NCBI RefSeq assembly: GCF_964204645.1
Contig: NC_134032.1
Coordinates: 15,116,275-15,180,274, forward strand
Direction of reading: 5' to 3'
DNA: 64,000 nt
DNA from: Tubulanus polymorphus
Taxonomy: Eukaryota > Animalia > Nemertea
A model generated the notes under the pieces. That model saw only the letters and a list, made by a program, of their open reading frames with translations. It did no database searches and was not told where the DNA came from. Made by a program: the position numbers and the translations under genes. Below are positions 39,302 through 51,170 of this stretch, one piece after another (the first letter of the stretch is position 1; the number at the start of each line of letters is the position of its first letter).

Positions 39302-39412
39302 GTGCCTTGAACGCATGAGACGTTCATGTGCACCTAATATGCCTTCACTGAAAAAAAATCAATTATAACATATACCCAAATGAATAACACACAACAGTTT
39401 CAACAGCATTCT

Positions 39413-39962
39413 ACAGTTCCACAGTTTGGTGCGTTTAATTACACATGGACTCAGTTCCACAGTTCGGTGCGTTTAATTATACCTGGACTCAGTTCCACAG
39501 TTCGGTGCGTTTAATTATACCTGGACTCAGTTCCACAGTTCGGTGCGTTTAATTACACCTGGACTCAGTTCCACAGTTCGGTGCGTTTAATTACACCTGG
39601 ACTCAGCTCCACAGTTCGGTGCGTTTAATTACACCTGGACTCAGCTCCACAGTTCGGTGCGTTTAATTACACCTGGACTCACTTCCACAGTTCGGTGCGT
39701 TTAATTACACCTGGACTCAGTTCCACAGTTCGGTGCATTTAATTACACCTGGATCCAGTTCCACAGTTCGGTGCGTTTAATTATACCTGGACTCAGTTCC
39801 ACAGTTCGATGCGTTTAATTACACCTGGACTCAGTTCCACAGTTCGGTGCGTTTAATTACACCTGGATCCAGTTCCACAGTTCGGTGCGTTTAATTACAC
39901 CTGGACTCAGTTCCACAGTTCGGTGCATTTAATTACACCTGGATCCAGTTCCACAGTTCGGT
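39413..39962. repeat. 38-bp satellite x~14, reverse complement of 17288-19212
   Basis: Unit CCTGGACTCAGTTCCACAGTTCGGTGCGTTTAATTACA. Confidence 0.95.
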
Positions 39963-40399
39963 TTCCTCAAATTGGCGGCCATATTGAGCAGGGGTGTTTT
40001 TTGACTGTCGCAGCAAATTGCTTCTTTTAAATCTAGTAACATAGGTGTAATGTGGTCCACGATAACACGCTGTTGACAATCTAATTTTTCACTCTTCCAA
40101 TATGGCCGCCATTGCAGACATGTACAATCTTATCCATTAATGAATTAATTATAGTATTTTGAGTTTATCTTAATTTACATTTTTGAAGAGAAATCCATTA
40201 GTAGCCGAGGTGTCTGACTTGTACTCTACATTCTGTTGAGCGATTGTTACTAGATTCACCTGTTTATTAGTTACTTTATGTTCAGTACTCTACTGAGTGA
40301 ACCATATACAGGAATAATTGACTAAACTGTGCATGATTCATGTCTGATATAATAATCTATTTTCATATGATTTAATTGTTCTATTTATTTTTCTAGAAT

Positions 40400-42691
40400 A
40401 TGCCAAAAGCAAAAAAAAAATCGGTTTGTGGGCACGGGCGGCCCGGGCCGCTGACGTCAAGTCCTTCGGTAAGTTCAAATTTACTGCTTTCATGCTAATT
40501 TATTCATACTATGTTAGAAAACAAGTGTAAAAACAGGTAGAGTCAAAGTGTTCTGTTAAATAACACCGTTAATGAGACCAATGATAAACATGAACGAATT
40601 TGGTAACGTTTTGAATAAAATGGTATTTGAATTGAAGGATTCTAAAGCAATTTCACTTTCACTTCTCCTGGCACAATACAAATCCAAACAGCCTATTTTA
40701 CCATTATGGCCTGTATTTTGACACTTGTTTTCTCCCAAATATGACGAGGCCATCGCAAAATAAAGCGGTCACGGTGTAGGATGTCCCATAAGTCACATTT
40801 ATCATTGATTCTTTCCTGTATTTTACTCTTAATTGTTGAAATTCAAGAAAAATGCTATATTCTATTTTATCATCTTATTTTAAAGTCTAATTAAGGGGGA
40901 GGGGGAAGGGGAGGGGGAAAGTTGACATAAAAAACCTTGCATTAGAAATGCTTAAAAATTCAACCCTTAATGAATTTGACTAATTATGTTTATATTATTG
41001 TTGTTTCTAGGGTAAAGCTCCTCATCAGAGGCCGTCACCGAGATTGACGCCCGTAAGTATAAATATTTCAATCAGTCAGTATCCTAAACTCCCATTCCCT
41101 CTTATATGTCTAAGGGAATTATGAGCAGCTTCAGCGCGTGCTGCCAAAATCTGAACATTCGACATGGTAACTATTAAAGTGTCTGCCATGCCGTGGTAGC
41201 CCGGACGGAGGCGCCACAGGTTCAGGCTCCTGGCCCGCGCAGGTCGCCCCGGAAAAAACCGTAGGGAAGTCGACTCACGGGAGGTTTGGGGCATCTACAC
41301 ATAAGAAAAGAAAACGTGCGGCTCCTCCCCAACAGCCAGATGCTTCGGTGGAGTCGAGTGATGAGGAGTTGCCTACTGCACCTAGATCCTCACCGCCAGG
41401 GTCCTCACCACCAGCGCGACGACCTTCACCACCACCAAAAACAACTGCTCCGGCGGGGGTAGAACCCTCCCCCGTTGTAGAGCTCGTGCGTGGCCCTGGC
41501 TGGTCAAGGATAATTGAGTTTGACGACCCAATTACCTTGCTCTGCGACGTCGAAGGGGCATTCCAAGGGGAATATCAACTCATCAAGCGGAGGAGAACCC
41601 ATTGATTTGGTAAGAGTACATAGGAAGCAGCTGAGCTGATGGTGTTGGGGCTGGCGAGTGATCGAGTGGCCCGAGAGGTAGAGGTGGTGGCCTGGCATAC
41701 CGATGGAGAGTGGGAGGAGCGTTAATTACCCCAATACCCGGGGGGCTCTTTACGGTTCATCTCACCGACAAATTTAATAGATTTGATGAATTCAGTTTGT
41801 CGCAGTGAAAATGCACGATTTAATCTTTAAAATCATTTTATTTTTCTAGAACACGACATTAGACTCTACTATACCGCTGTCGCCCGTACGACCGGTAAGT
41901 TATAATTCTAGTTTGATGTTTTTCAGTACTGTAAGATGACAATGATGTATATCCCAAATAAATGTCTCATATTCGTGATCCTTAATAATTTTTCTTTTCA
42001 TTTCAGCTGAAACTATAGCCAATGAATTGGCAAAGCAACAAGGAGAGTCTGAACAAGGCTACGAGGCAGCTACCCAACTTTGGGAAACAGTTATCAGCTG
42101 CACCAAAACGATAAATCCCACGCTGTCTCAACAGCCTGAGGAGCCAGCTCCACTAACCCCTGAGTTGGCTCCTTCGCAGGTGGTGGACCCTGTTTCGCCG
42201 GTGCAGGTGTTTATAGGTGTTTATTTGTTGAATCGCTGGTTTTCTCATTTTGATTTTTAATACTGATATTTAATTCTATGCTAAACAAATTTTTTATTTT
42301 TTTCTCTTTACAGACACGACCACCGCCTAAAAAAACCAAAAGAAAAAGAAAAGTTGCGATCGTCGTGGCTCCTCAGGGAGGGGAGGCAAGAGTAGCCCCT
42401 GCGGATGGTGCGGCTGACGAAGGTAATCGGGAGGAAGGGGAGGGGATAAATAGGTAGCGGCCGAGGAGGGATGGTGGTGGGGCTGGGGATGGTGCGGGTC
42501 CTGCTCCTCCTGCTCCTCCATCCGTATCTCGGGCGGTCACTCGTTCACTCGCCAAACAATGTTGTTCCAGCACTACAGCATTGATCAGAAAGAGTCCGAG
42601 GGCGGATGTATGGTGTCTCCTAGCCGGCGGCCATATTTATAGTGAAGCCAAGGTCAAATTGGCGGCCATATTGAGCAGGGGTGTTTTTTGA
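40400..42691 (+). pseudogene. Array unit 1: paralog with an in-frame TAG in the terminal exon
   Basis: Exons 1, 5 (42-nt variant GKAPHQRPSPRLTP) and 6 are present; the terminal exon reads AAT AGG TAG at ~42452 where other units read AAT AGG AAG. Confidence 0.65.
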
Positions 42692-43086
42692 CTGTCGCAG
42701 CAAATTGCTTCTTTTAAATCCAGTAACATAGGTGTAATGTGGTCTACGATAACACGCTGTTGAAAATCTAATTTTTCACTCTTCCAATATGGCCGCCATT
42801 GCAGACATGTACAATCTTATCCATTAATGAATTAATTATAGTATTTTGAGTTTATCTTAATTTACATTTTTGAAGAGAAATCCATTAGTAGCCGAGGTGT
42901 CTGACTTGTACTCTACATTCTGTTGAGCGATTGTTACTAGATTCACCTGTTTATTAGTTACTTTATGTTCAGTACTCTACTGAGTGAACCATATACAGGA
43001 ATAATTGACTAAACTGTGCATGATTCATGTCTGATATAATAATCTATTTTCATATGATTTAATTGTTCTATTTATTTTTCTAGAAT

Positions 43087-45375
43087 ATGCCAAAAGCAAA
43101 AAAAAAATCGGTTTGTGGGCACGGGCGGCCCGGGCCGCTGACGTCAAGTCCTTCGGTAAGTTCAAATTTACTGCTTTCATGCTAATTTATTCATACTATG
43201 TTAGAAAACAAGTGTAAAAACAGGTAGAGTCAAAGTGTTCTGTTAAATAACACCGTTAATGAGACCAATGATAAACATGAACGAATTTGGTAACGTTTTG
43301 AATAAAATGGTATTTGAATTGAAGGATTCTAAAGCAATTTCACTTTCACTTCTCCTGGCACAATACAAATCCAAACAGCCTATTTTACCATTATGGCCTG
43401 TATTTTGACACTTGTTTTCTCCCAAATATGACGAGGCCATCGCAAAATAAAGCGTTCACGGTGTAGGATGTCCCATAAGTCACATTTATCATTGATTCTT
43501 TCCTGTATTTTACTCTTAATTGTTGAAATTCAAGAAAAATGCTATATTCTATTTTATCATCTTATTTTAAAGTCTAATTAAGGGGGAGGGGGAAGGGGAG
43601 GGGGAAAGTTGACATAAAAAACCTTGCATTAGAAATGCTTAAAAATTCAACCCTTAATGAATTTGACTAATTATGTTTATATTATTGTTGTTTCTAGGGT
43701 AGAGCTCCTCCTGCCTCAAGGCCGTCACCGCGGCTGACGCCCGTAAGTATAAATATTTCAATCAGTCAGTATCCTAAACTCCCATTCCCTCTTATATGTC
43801 TAAGGGAATTATGAGCAGCTTCAGCGCGTGCTGCCAAAATCTGAACATTCGACATGGTAACTATTAAAGTGTCTGCCATGCCGTGGTAGCCCGGACGGAG
43901 GCGCCACAGGTTCAGGCTCCTGGCCCGCGCAGGTCGCCCCGGAAAAAACCGTAGGGAAGTCGACTCACGGGAGGTTTGGGGCATCTACACATAAGAAAAG
44001 AAAACGTGCGGCTCCTCCCCAACAGCCAGATGCTTCGGTGGAGTCGAGTGATGAGGAGTTGCCTACTGCACCTAGATCCTCACCGCCAGGGTCCTCACCA
44101 CCAGCGCGACGACCTTCACCACCACCAAAAACAACTGCTCCGGCGGGGGTAGAACCCTCCCCCGTTGTAGAGCTCGTGCGTGGCCCTGGCTGGTCAAGGA
44201 TAATTGAGTTTGACGACCCAATTACCTTGCTCTGCGACGTCGAAGGGGCATTCCAAGGGGAATATCAACTCATCAAGCGGAGGAGAACCCATTGATTTGG
44301 TAAGAGTAAATAGGAAGCAGCTGAGCTGATGGGGCTGGCGAGTGATCGAGTGGCCCGAGAGGTAGAGGTGGTGGCCATGCACACCGATAGAGAGTGGGAG
44401 GAGCGTTAATTACCCCAATACCCGGAGGGGCTCTTTACGGTTCATCTCACCGACAAATTTAATAGATTTGATGAATTCAGTTTGTCGCAGTGAAAATGCA
44501 CGATTTAATCGTTAAAATCATTTTATCTTTCTAGAACACAACATTAGACTCGACAGTGCCGCTGTCGCCCGTACGACCGGTAAGTTATAATTCTAGTTTG
44601 ATGTTTTTCAGTACTGTAAGATGACAATGATGTATATCCCAAATAAATGTCTCATATTCATGATCCTTAATAATTTTTCTTTTCATTTCAGCTGAAACTA
44701 TAGCCAATGAATTAGCAAAACAACAAGGAGAGTCTGAACAAGGCTACGAGGCAGCTACCCAACTTTGGGAAACAGTTATCAGCTGCACCAAAACGATAAA
44801 TCCCAAGCTGTCTCAACAGCCTGAGGAGCCAGCTCCACTAACCCCTGAGTTGGCTCCTTCGCAGGTGGTGGACCCTGTTTCGCCGGTGCAGGTGTTTATA
44901 GGTGTTTATTTGTTGAATCGCTGGTTTTCTCATTTTGATTTTTAATACTGATATTTAATTCTATGCTAAACAAATTTTTTATTTTTTCTCTTTACAGACA
45001 CGACCACCGCCTAAAAAAACCAAAAGAAAAAGAAAAGTTGCGATCGTCGTGGCTCCTCAGGGAGGGGAGGCAAGAGTAGCCCCTGCGGATGGTGCGGCTG
45101 ACGAAGGTAATCGGGAGGAAGGGGAGGGGATAAATAGGAAGCGGCCGAGGAGGGATGGTGGTGGGGCTGGGGATGGTGCGGGTCCTGCTCCTCCTGCTCC
45201 TCCATCCGTATCTCGGGCGGTCACTCGTTCACTCGCCAAACAATGTTGTTCCAGCACTACAGCATTGATCAGAAAGAGTCCGAGGGCGGATGTATGGTGT
45301 CTCCTAGCCGGCGGCCATATTTATAGTGAAGCCAAGGTCAAATTGGCGGCCATATTGAGCAGGGGTGTTTTTTGA
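43087..45375 (+). CDS. Array unit 2: potentially intact ~178-aa short paralog with a new C-terminus
   Basis: Phase-0 exons 43087-43155, 43698-43742, 44535-44579 and 44998-45375 join in frame with intact GTAAG/AG sites if the phase-1 alternative exon is skipped. Confidence 0.5.
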
Positions 45376-45776
45376 CTGTCGCAGCAAATTGCTTCTTTTA
45401 AATCTAGTAACATAGGTGTAATGTGGTCCACGATAACACGCTGTTGACAATCTAATTTTTCACTCTTCCAATATGGCCGCCATTGCAGACATGTACAATC
45501 TTATCCATTAATGAATTAATTATAGTATTTTGAGTTTATCTTAATTTACATTTTTGAAGAGAAATCCATTAGTAGCCGAGGTGTCTGACTTGTACTCTAC
45601 ATTCTGTTGAGCGATTGTTACTAGATTCACCTGTTTATTAGTTACTTTATGTTCAGTACTCTACTGAGTGAACCATATACAGGAATAATTGACTAAACTG
45701 TGCATGATTCATGTCTGATATAATATCTATAATCTATTTTCATATGATTTAATTGTTCTATTTATTTTTCTAGAAT

Positions 45777-48078
45777 ATGCCAAAAGCAAACAAAAAATCG
45801 GTTTGTGGGCACGGGCGGCCCGGGCCGCTGACGTCAAGTCCTTCGGTAAGTTCAAATTTACTGCTTTCATGCTAATTTATTCATACTATGTTAGAAAACA
45901 AGTGTAAAAACAGGTAGAGTCAAAGTGTTCTGTTAAATAACACCGTTAATGAGACCAATGATAAACATGAACGAATTTGGTAACGTTTTGAATAAAATGG
46001 TATTTGAATTGAAGGATTCTAAAGCAATTTCACTTTCACTTCTCCTGGCACAATACAAATCCAAACAGCCTATTTTACCATTATGGCCTGTATTTTGACA
46101 CTTGTTTTCTCCCAAATATGACGAGGCCATCGCAAAATAAAGCGGTCACGGTGTAGGATGTCCCATAAGTCACATTTATCATTGATTCTTTCCTGTATTT
46201 TACTCTTAATTGTTGAAATTCAAGAAAAATGCTATATTCTATTTTATCATCTTATTTTAAAGTCTAATTAAGGGGGAGGGGGAAGGGGAGGGGGAAAGTT
46301 GACATAAAAAACCTTGCATTAGAAATGCTTAAAAATTCAACCCTTAATGAATTTGACTAATTATGTTTATATTATTGTTGTTTCTAGGGTAGAGCTCCTC
46401 CTGCCTCAAGGCCGTCACCGCGGCTGACGCCCGTAAGTATAAATATTTCAATCAGTCAGTATCCTAAACTCCCATTCCCTCTTATATGTCTAAGGGAATT
46501 ATGAGCAGCTTCAGCGCGTGCTGCCAAAATCTGAACATTCGACATGGTAACTATTAAAGTGTCTGCCATGCCGTGGTAGCCCGGACGGAGGCGCCATAGG
46601 GTTCAGGCTCCTGGCCCGCGCAGGTCGCCCCGGAAAAAACCGTAGGGAAGTCGACTCACGGGAGGTTTGGGGCATCTACACATAAGAAAAGAAAACGTGC
46701 GGCTCCTCCCCAACAGCCAGATGCTTCGGTGGAGTCGAGTGATGAGGAGTTGCCTACTGCACCTAGATCCTCACCGCCAGGGTCCTCACCACCAGCGCGA
46801 CGACCTTCACCACCACCAAAAACAACTGCTCCGGCGGGGGTAGAACCCTCCCCCGTTGTAGAGCTCATGCGTGGCCCTGGCTGGTCAAGGATAATTGAGT
46901 TTGACGACCCAATTACCTTGCTCTGCGACGTCGAAGGGGCATTCCAAGGGGAATATCAACTCATCAAGCGGAGGAGAACCCATTGATTTGGTAAGAGTAC
47001 ATAGGAAGCAGCTGAGCTGATGGTGATGGGGCTGGCGAGTGATCGAGTGGCCCGAGAGGTAGAGGTGGTGGCCTGGCATACCGATGGAGAGTGGGAGGAG
47101 CGTTAATTACCCCAATACCCGGAGGGGCTCTTTACGGTTCATCTCACCGACAAATTTAATAGATTTGATGAATTCAGTTTGTCGCAGTGAAAATGCACGA
47201 TTTAATCTTTAAAATCATTTTATTTTTCTAGAACACAACATTAGACTCGACAGTGCCGCTGTCGCCCGTACGACCGGTAAGTTATAATTCTAGTTTGATG
47301 TTTTTCAGTACTGTAAGATGACAATGATGTATATCCCAAATAAATGTCTCATATTCGTGATCCTTAATAATTTTTCTTTTCATTTCAGCTGAAACTATAG
47401 CCAATGAATTGGCAAAGCAACAAGGAGAGTCTGAACAAGGCTACGAGGCAGCTACCCAACTTTGGGAAACAGTTATCAGCTGCACCAAAACGATAAATCC
47501 CAATTTGTCTCAACAGCCTTAGGAGCCAGCTCCACTAACCCCTGAGTTGGCTCCTTCGCAGGTGGTGGACCCTGTTTCGCCGGTGCAGGTGTTTATAGGT
47601 GTTTATTTGTTGAATCGCTGGTTTTCTCATTTTGATTTTTAATACTGATATTTAATTCTATGCTAAACAAATTTTTCATTTTTTCTCTTTACAGACACGA
47701 CCACCGCCAAAAAAAACCAGATCAAAACGAAAAAGAAAAGTTGCGGTCGTCGTGGCTCCGCAGGGAGGGGGAGCAAGAGTGGTCCCGGCGGATGGTGCGG
47801 CTGACGAAGGTAATCGGGAGGAAGGGGAGGGGATAAATAGGAAGCGGCCGAGGAGGGATGGTGGTGGGGCTGGGGATGGTGCGGGTCCTGCTGCTCCTGC
47901 TCCTCCATCCGTATCTCGGGCGGTCACTCGTTCACTCGCCAAACAATGTTGTTCCAGCACTACAGCATTGATCAGAAAGAGTCCGAGGGCGGATGTATGG
48001 TGTCTCCTAGCCGGCGGCCATATTTATAGTGAAGCCAAGGTCAAATTGGCGGCCATATTGAGCAGGGGTGTTTTTTGA
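45777..48078 (+). CDS. Array unit 3: potentially intact ~180-aa short paralog with a new C-terminus
   Basis: Phase-0 exons 45777-45845, 46388-46432, 47232-47276 and 47695-48078 are in frame; the alternative exon of this unit has a TAG near 47520. Confidence 0.5.
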
Positions 48079-48473
48079 CTGTCGCAGCAAATTGCTTCTT
48101 TTAAATCTAGTAACATAGGTGTGATGTGGTCCACGATAACACGCTGTTGACAATCTAATTTTTCACTCTTCCAATATGGCCGCCATTGCAGACATGTACA
48201 ATCTTATCCATTAATGAATTAATTATAGTATTTTGAGTTTATCTTAATTTACATTTTTGAAGAGAAATCCATTAGTAGCCGAGGTGTCTGACTTGTACTC
48301 TACATTCTGTTGAGCGATTGTTACTAGATTCACCTGTTTATTAGTTACTTTATGTTCAGTACTCTACTGAGTGAACCATATACAGGAATAATTGACTAAA
48401 CTGTGCATGATTCATGTCTGATATAATAATCTATTTTCATATGATTTAATTGTTTTATTTATTTTTCTAGATT

Positions 48474-50775
48474 ATGCCAAAAGCAAGTAGAAAATCTGTG
48501 GGTGGGCGCGGGCGGCCCGGGCCGCTGACGTAGAGTCCTTCGGTAAGTTCAAATTTACTGCTTTCATGCTAATTTATTCATACTATGTTAGAAAACAAGT
48601 GTAAAAACAGGTAGAGTCAAAGTGTTATGTTAAATAACACCGTTAATGAGACCAATGATAAACATGAACGAATTTGGTAACGTTTTGAATAAAATGGTAT
48701 TTGAATTGAAGGATTCTAAAGCAATTTCACTTTCACTTCTCCTGGCACAATACAAATCCAAACAGCCTATTTTACCATTATGGCCTGTATTTTGACACTT
48801 GTTTTCTCCCAAATATGACGAGGCCATCGCAAAATAAAGCGGTCACGGTGTAGGATGTCCCATAAGTCACATTTATCATTGATTCTTTCCTATATTTTAC
48901 TCTTAATTGTTGAAATTCAAAAAAAAAATGCTATATTCTATTTTATCATCTTATTTTAAAGTCTAATTAAGGGGGAGGGGGAAGGGGAGGGGGAAAGTTG
49001 ACATAAAAAACCTTGCATTAGAAATGCTTAAAAATTCAACCCTTAATGAATTTGACTAATTATGTTTATATTATTGTTGTTTCTAGGGTAGAGCTCCTCC
49101 TGCCTCAAGGCCGTCACCGCGGATGACGCCCGTAAGTATAAATATTTCAATCAGTCAGTATCCTAAACTCCCATTCCCTCTAATAGGTCTAAGGGAATTA
49201 TGAGCAGCTTCAGCGCGTGCTGCCAAAATCTGAACATTCGACATGGTAACTATTTAAGTGTCTGCCATGCCGTGGTAGCCCGGACGGAGGCGCCACAGGT
49301 TCAGGCTCCTGGCCCGCGCAGGTCGCCCCGGAAAAAACCGTAGGGAAGTCGACTCACGGGAGGTTTGGGGCATCTACACATAAGAAAAGAAAACGTGCGG
49401 CTCCTCCCCAACAGCCAGATACTTCGGTGGAGTCGAGTGATGAGGAGTTGCCTACTGCACCTAGATCCTCACCGCCAGGGTCCTCACCACCAGCGCGACG
49501 ACCTTCACCACCACCAAAAACAACTGCTCCGGCGGGGGTAGAACACTCCCCCGTTGTAGAGCTCGTGCGTGGCCCTGGCTGGTCAAGGATAATTGAGTTT
49601 GACGACCCAATTACCTTGCTCTGCGACGTCGAAGGGGCATTCCAAGGGGAATATCAACTCATCAAGCGGAGGAGAACCCATTGATTTGGTAAGAGTACAT
49701 AGGAAGCAGCTGAGCTGATGGTGATGGGGCTGGCGAGTGATCGAGTGGCCCGAGAGGTAGAGGTGGTGGCCTGGCATACCGATGGAGAGTGGGAGGAGCG
49801 TTAATTACCCCAATACCCGGGGGGCTCTTTACGGTTCATCTCACCGACAAATTTAATAGATTTGATGAATTCAGTTTGTCGCAGTGAAAATGCACGATTT
49901 AATCTTTAAAATCATTTTATTTTTCTAGAACACAACATTAGACTCTACAGTGCCGCTGTCGCCCGTACGACCGGTAAGTTATAATTCTAGTTTGATGTTT
50001 TTCAGTACTGTAAGATGACAATGATGTATATCCCAAATAAATGTCTCATATTCGTGATCCTTAATAATTTTTCTTTTCATTTCAGCTGAAACTATGGCCA
50101 ATGAATTGGCAAAGCAACAAGGAGAGTCTGAACAAGGCTACGAGGCAGCTACCCAACTTTGGGAAACAGTTATCAGCTGCACCAAAACGATAAATGCCAC
50201 GCTGTCTCAACAGCCTGAGGAGCCAGCAACACTAACCCCTGAGTTGGCTCCTTCGCAGGTGGTTGACCCTGTTTCGCCGGTGCAGGTGTTTATAGGTGTT
50301 TATTTGTTGAATCGCTGGTTTTCTCATTTTGATTTTTAATACTGATATTTAATTCTATGCTAAACAAATTTTTTATTTTTTCTCTTTACAGACACGACCA
50401 CCGCCAAAAAAAACCAGATCAAAACGAAAAAGAAAAGTTGCGGTCGTCGTGGCTCCGCAGGGAGGAGGAGCAAGAGTGGTCCCGGCGGATGGTGCGGCTG
50501 ACGAAGGTAATCGGGAGGAAGGGGAGGGGATAAATAGGAAGCGGCCGAGGAGGGATGGTGGTGGGGCTGGGGATGGTGCGGGTCCTGCTCCTCCTGCTCC
50601 TCCATCCGTATCTCGGGCGGTCACTCGTTCACTCGCCAAACAATGTTGTTCCAGCACTACAGCATTGATCAGAAAGAGTCCGAGGGCGGATGTATGGTGT
50701 CTCCTAGCCGGCGGCCATATTTATAGTGAAGCCAAGGTCAAATTGGCGGCCATATTGAGCAGGGGTGTTTTTTGA
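48474..50775 (+). pseudogene. Array unit 4: premature TAG in exon 1 (MPKASRKSVGGRGRPGPLT*)
   Basis: ACG TAG AGT at ~48531 where other copies read ACG TCA AGT. Confidence 0.65.
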
Positions 50776-51170
50776 CTGTCGCAGCAAATTGCTTCTTTTA
50801 AATCTAGTAACATAGGTGTAATGTGGTCCACGATAACACGCTGTTGACAATCTAATTTTTCACTCTTCCAATATGGCCGCCATTGCAGACATGTACAATC
50901 TTATCCATTAATGAATTAATTATAGTATTTTGAGTTTATCTTAATTTACATTTTTGAAGAGAAATCCATTAGTAGCCGAGGTGTCTGACTTGTACTCTAC
51001 ATTCTGTTGAGCGATTGTTACTAGATTCACCTGTTTATTAGTTACTTTATGTTCAGTACTCTACTGAGTGAACCATATACAGGAATAATTGACTAAACTG
51101 TGCATGATTCATGTCTGATATAATAATCTATTTTCATATGATTTAATTGTTCTATTTATTTTTCTAGAAT

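Noticed and set aside
40556-40753. 65-aa minus-strand ORF MASSYLGENK... identical in six units
   Set aside because: Lies in AT-rich intron 1 on the antisense strand; identity simply reflects recent duplication.
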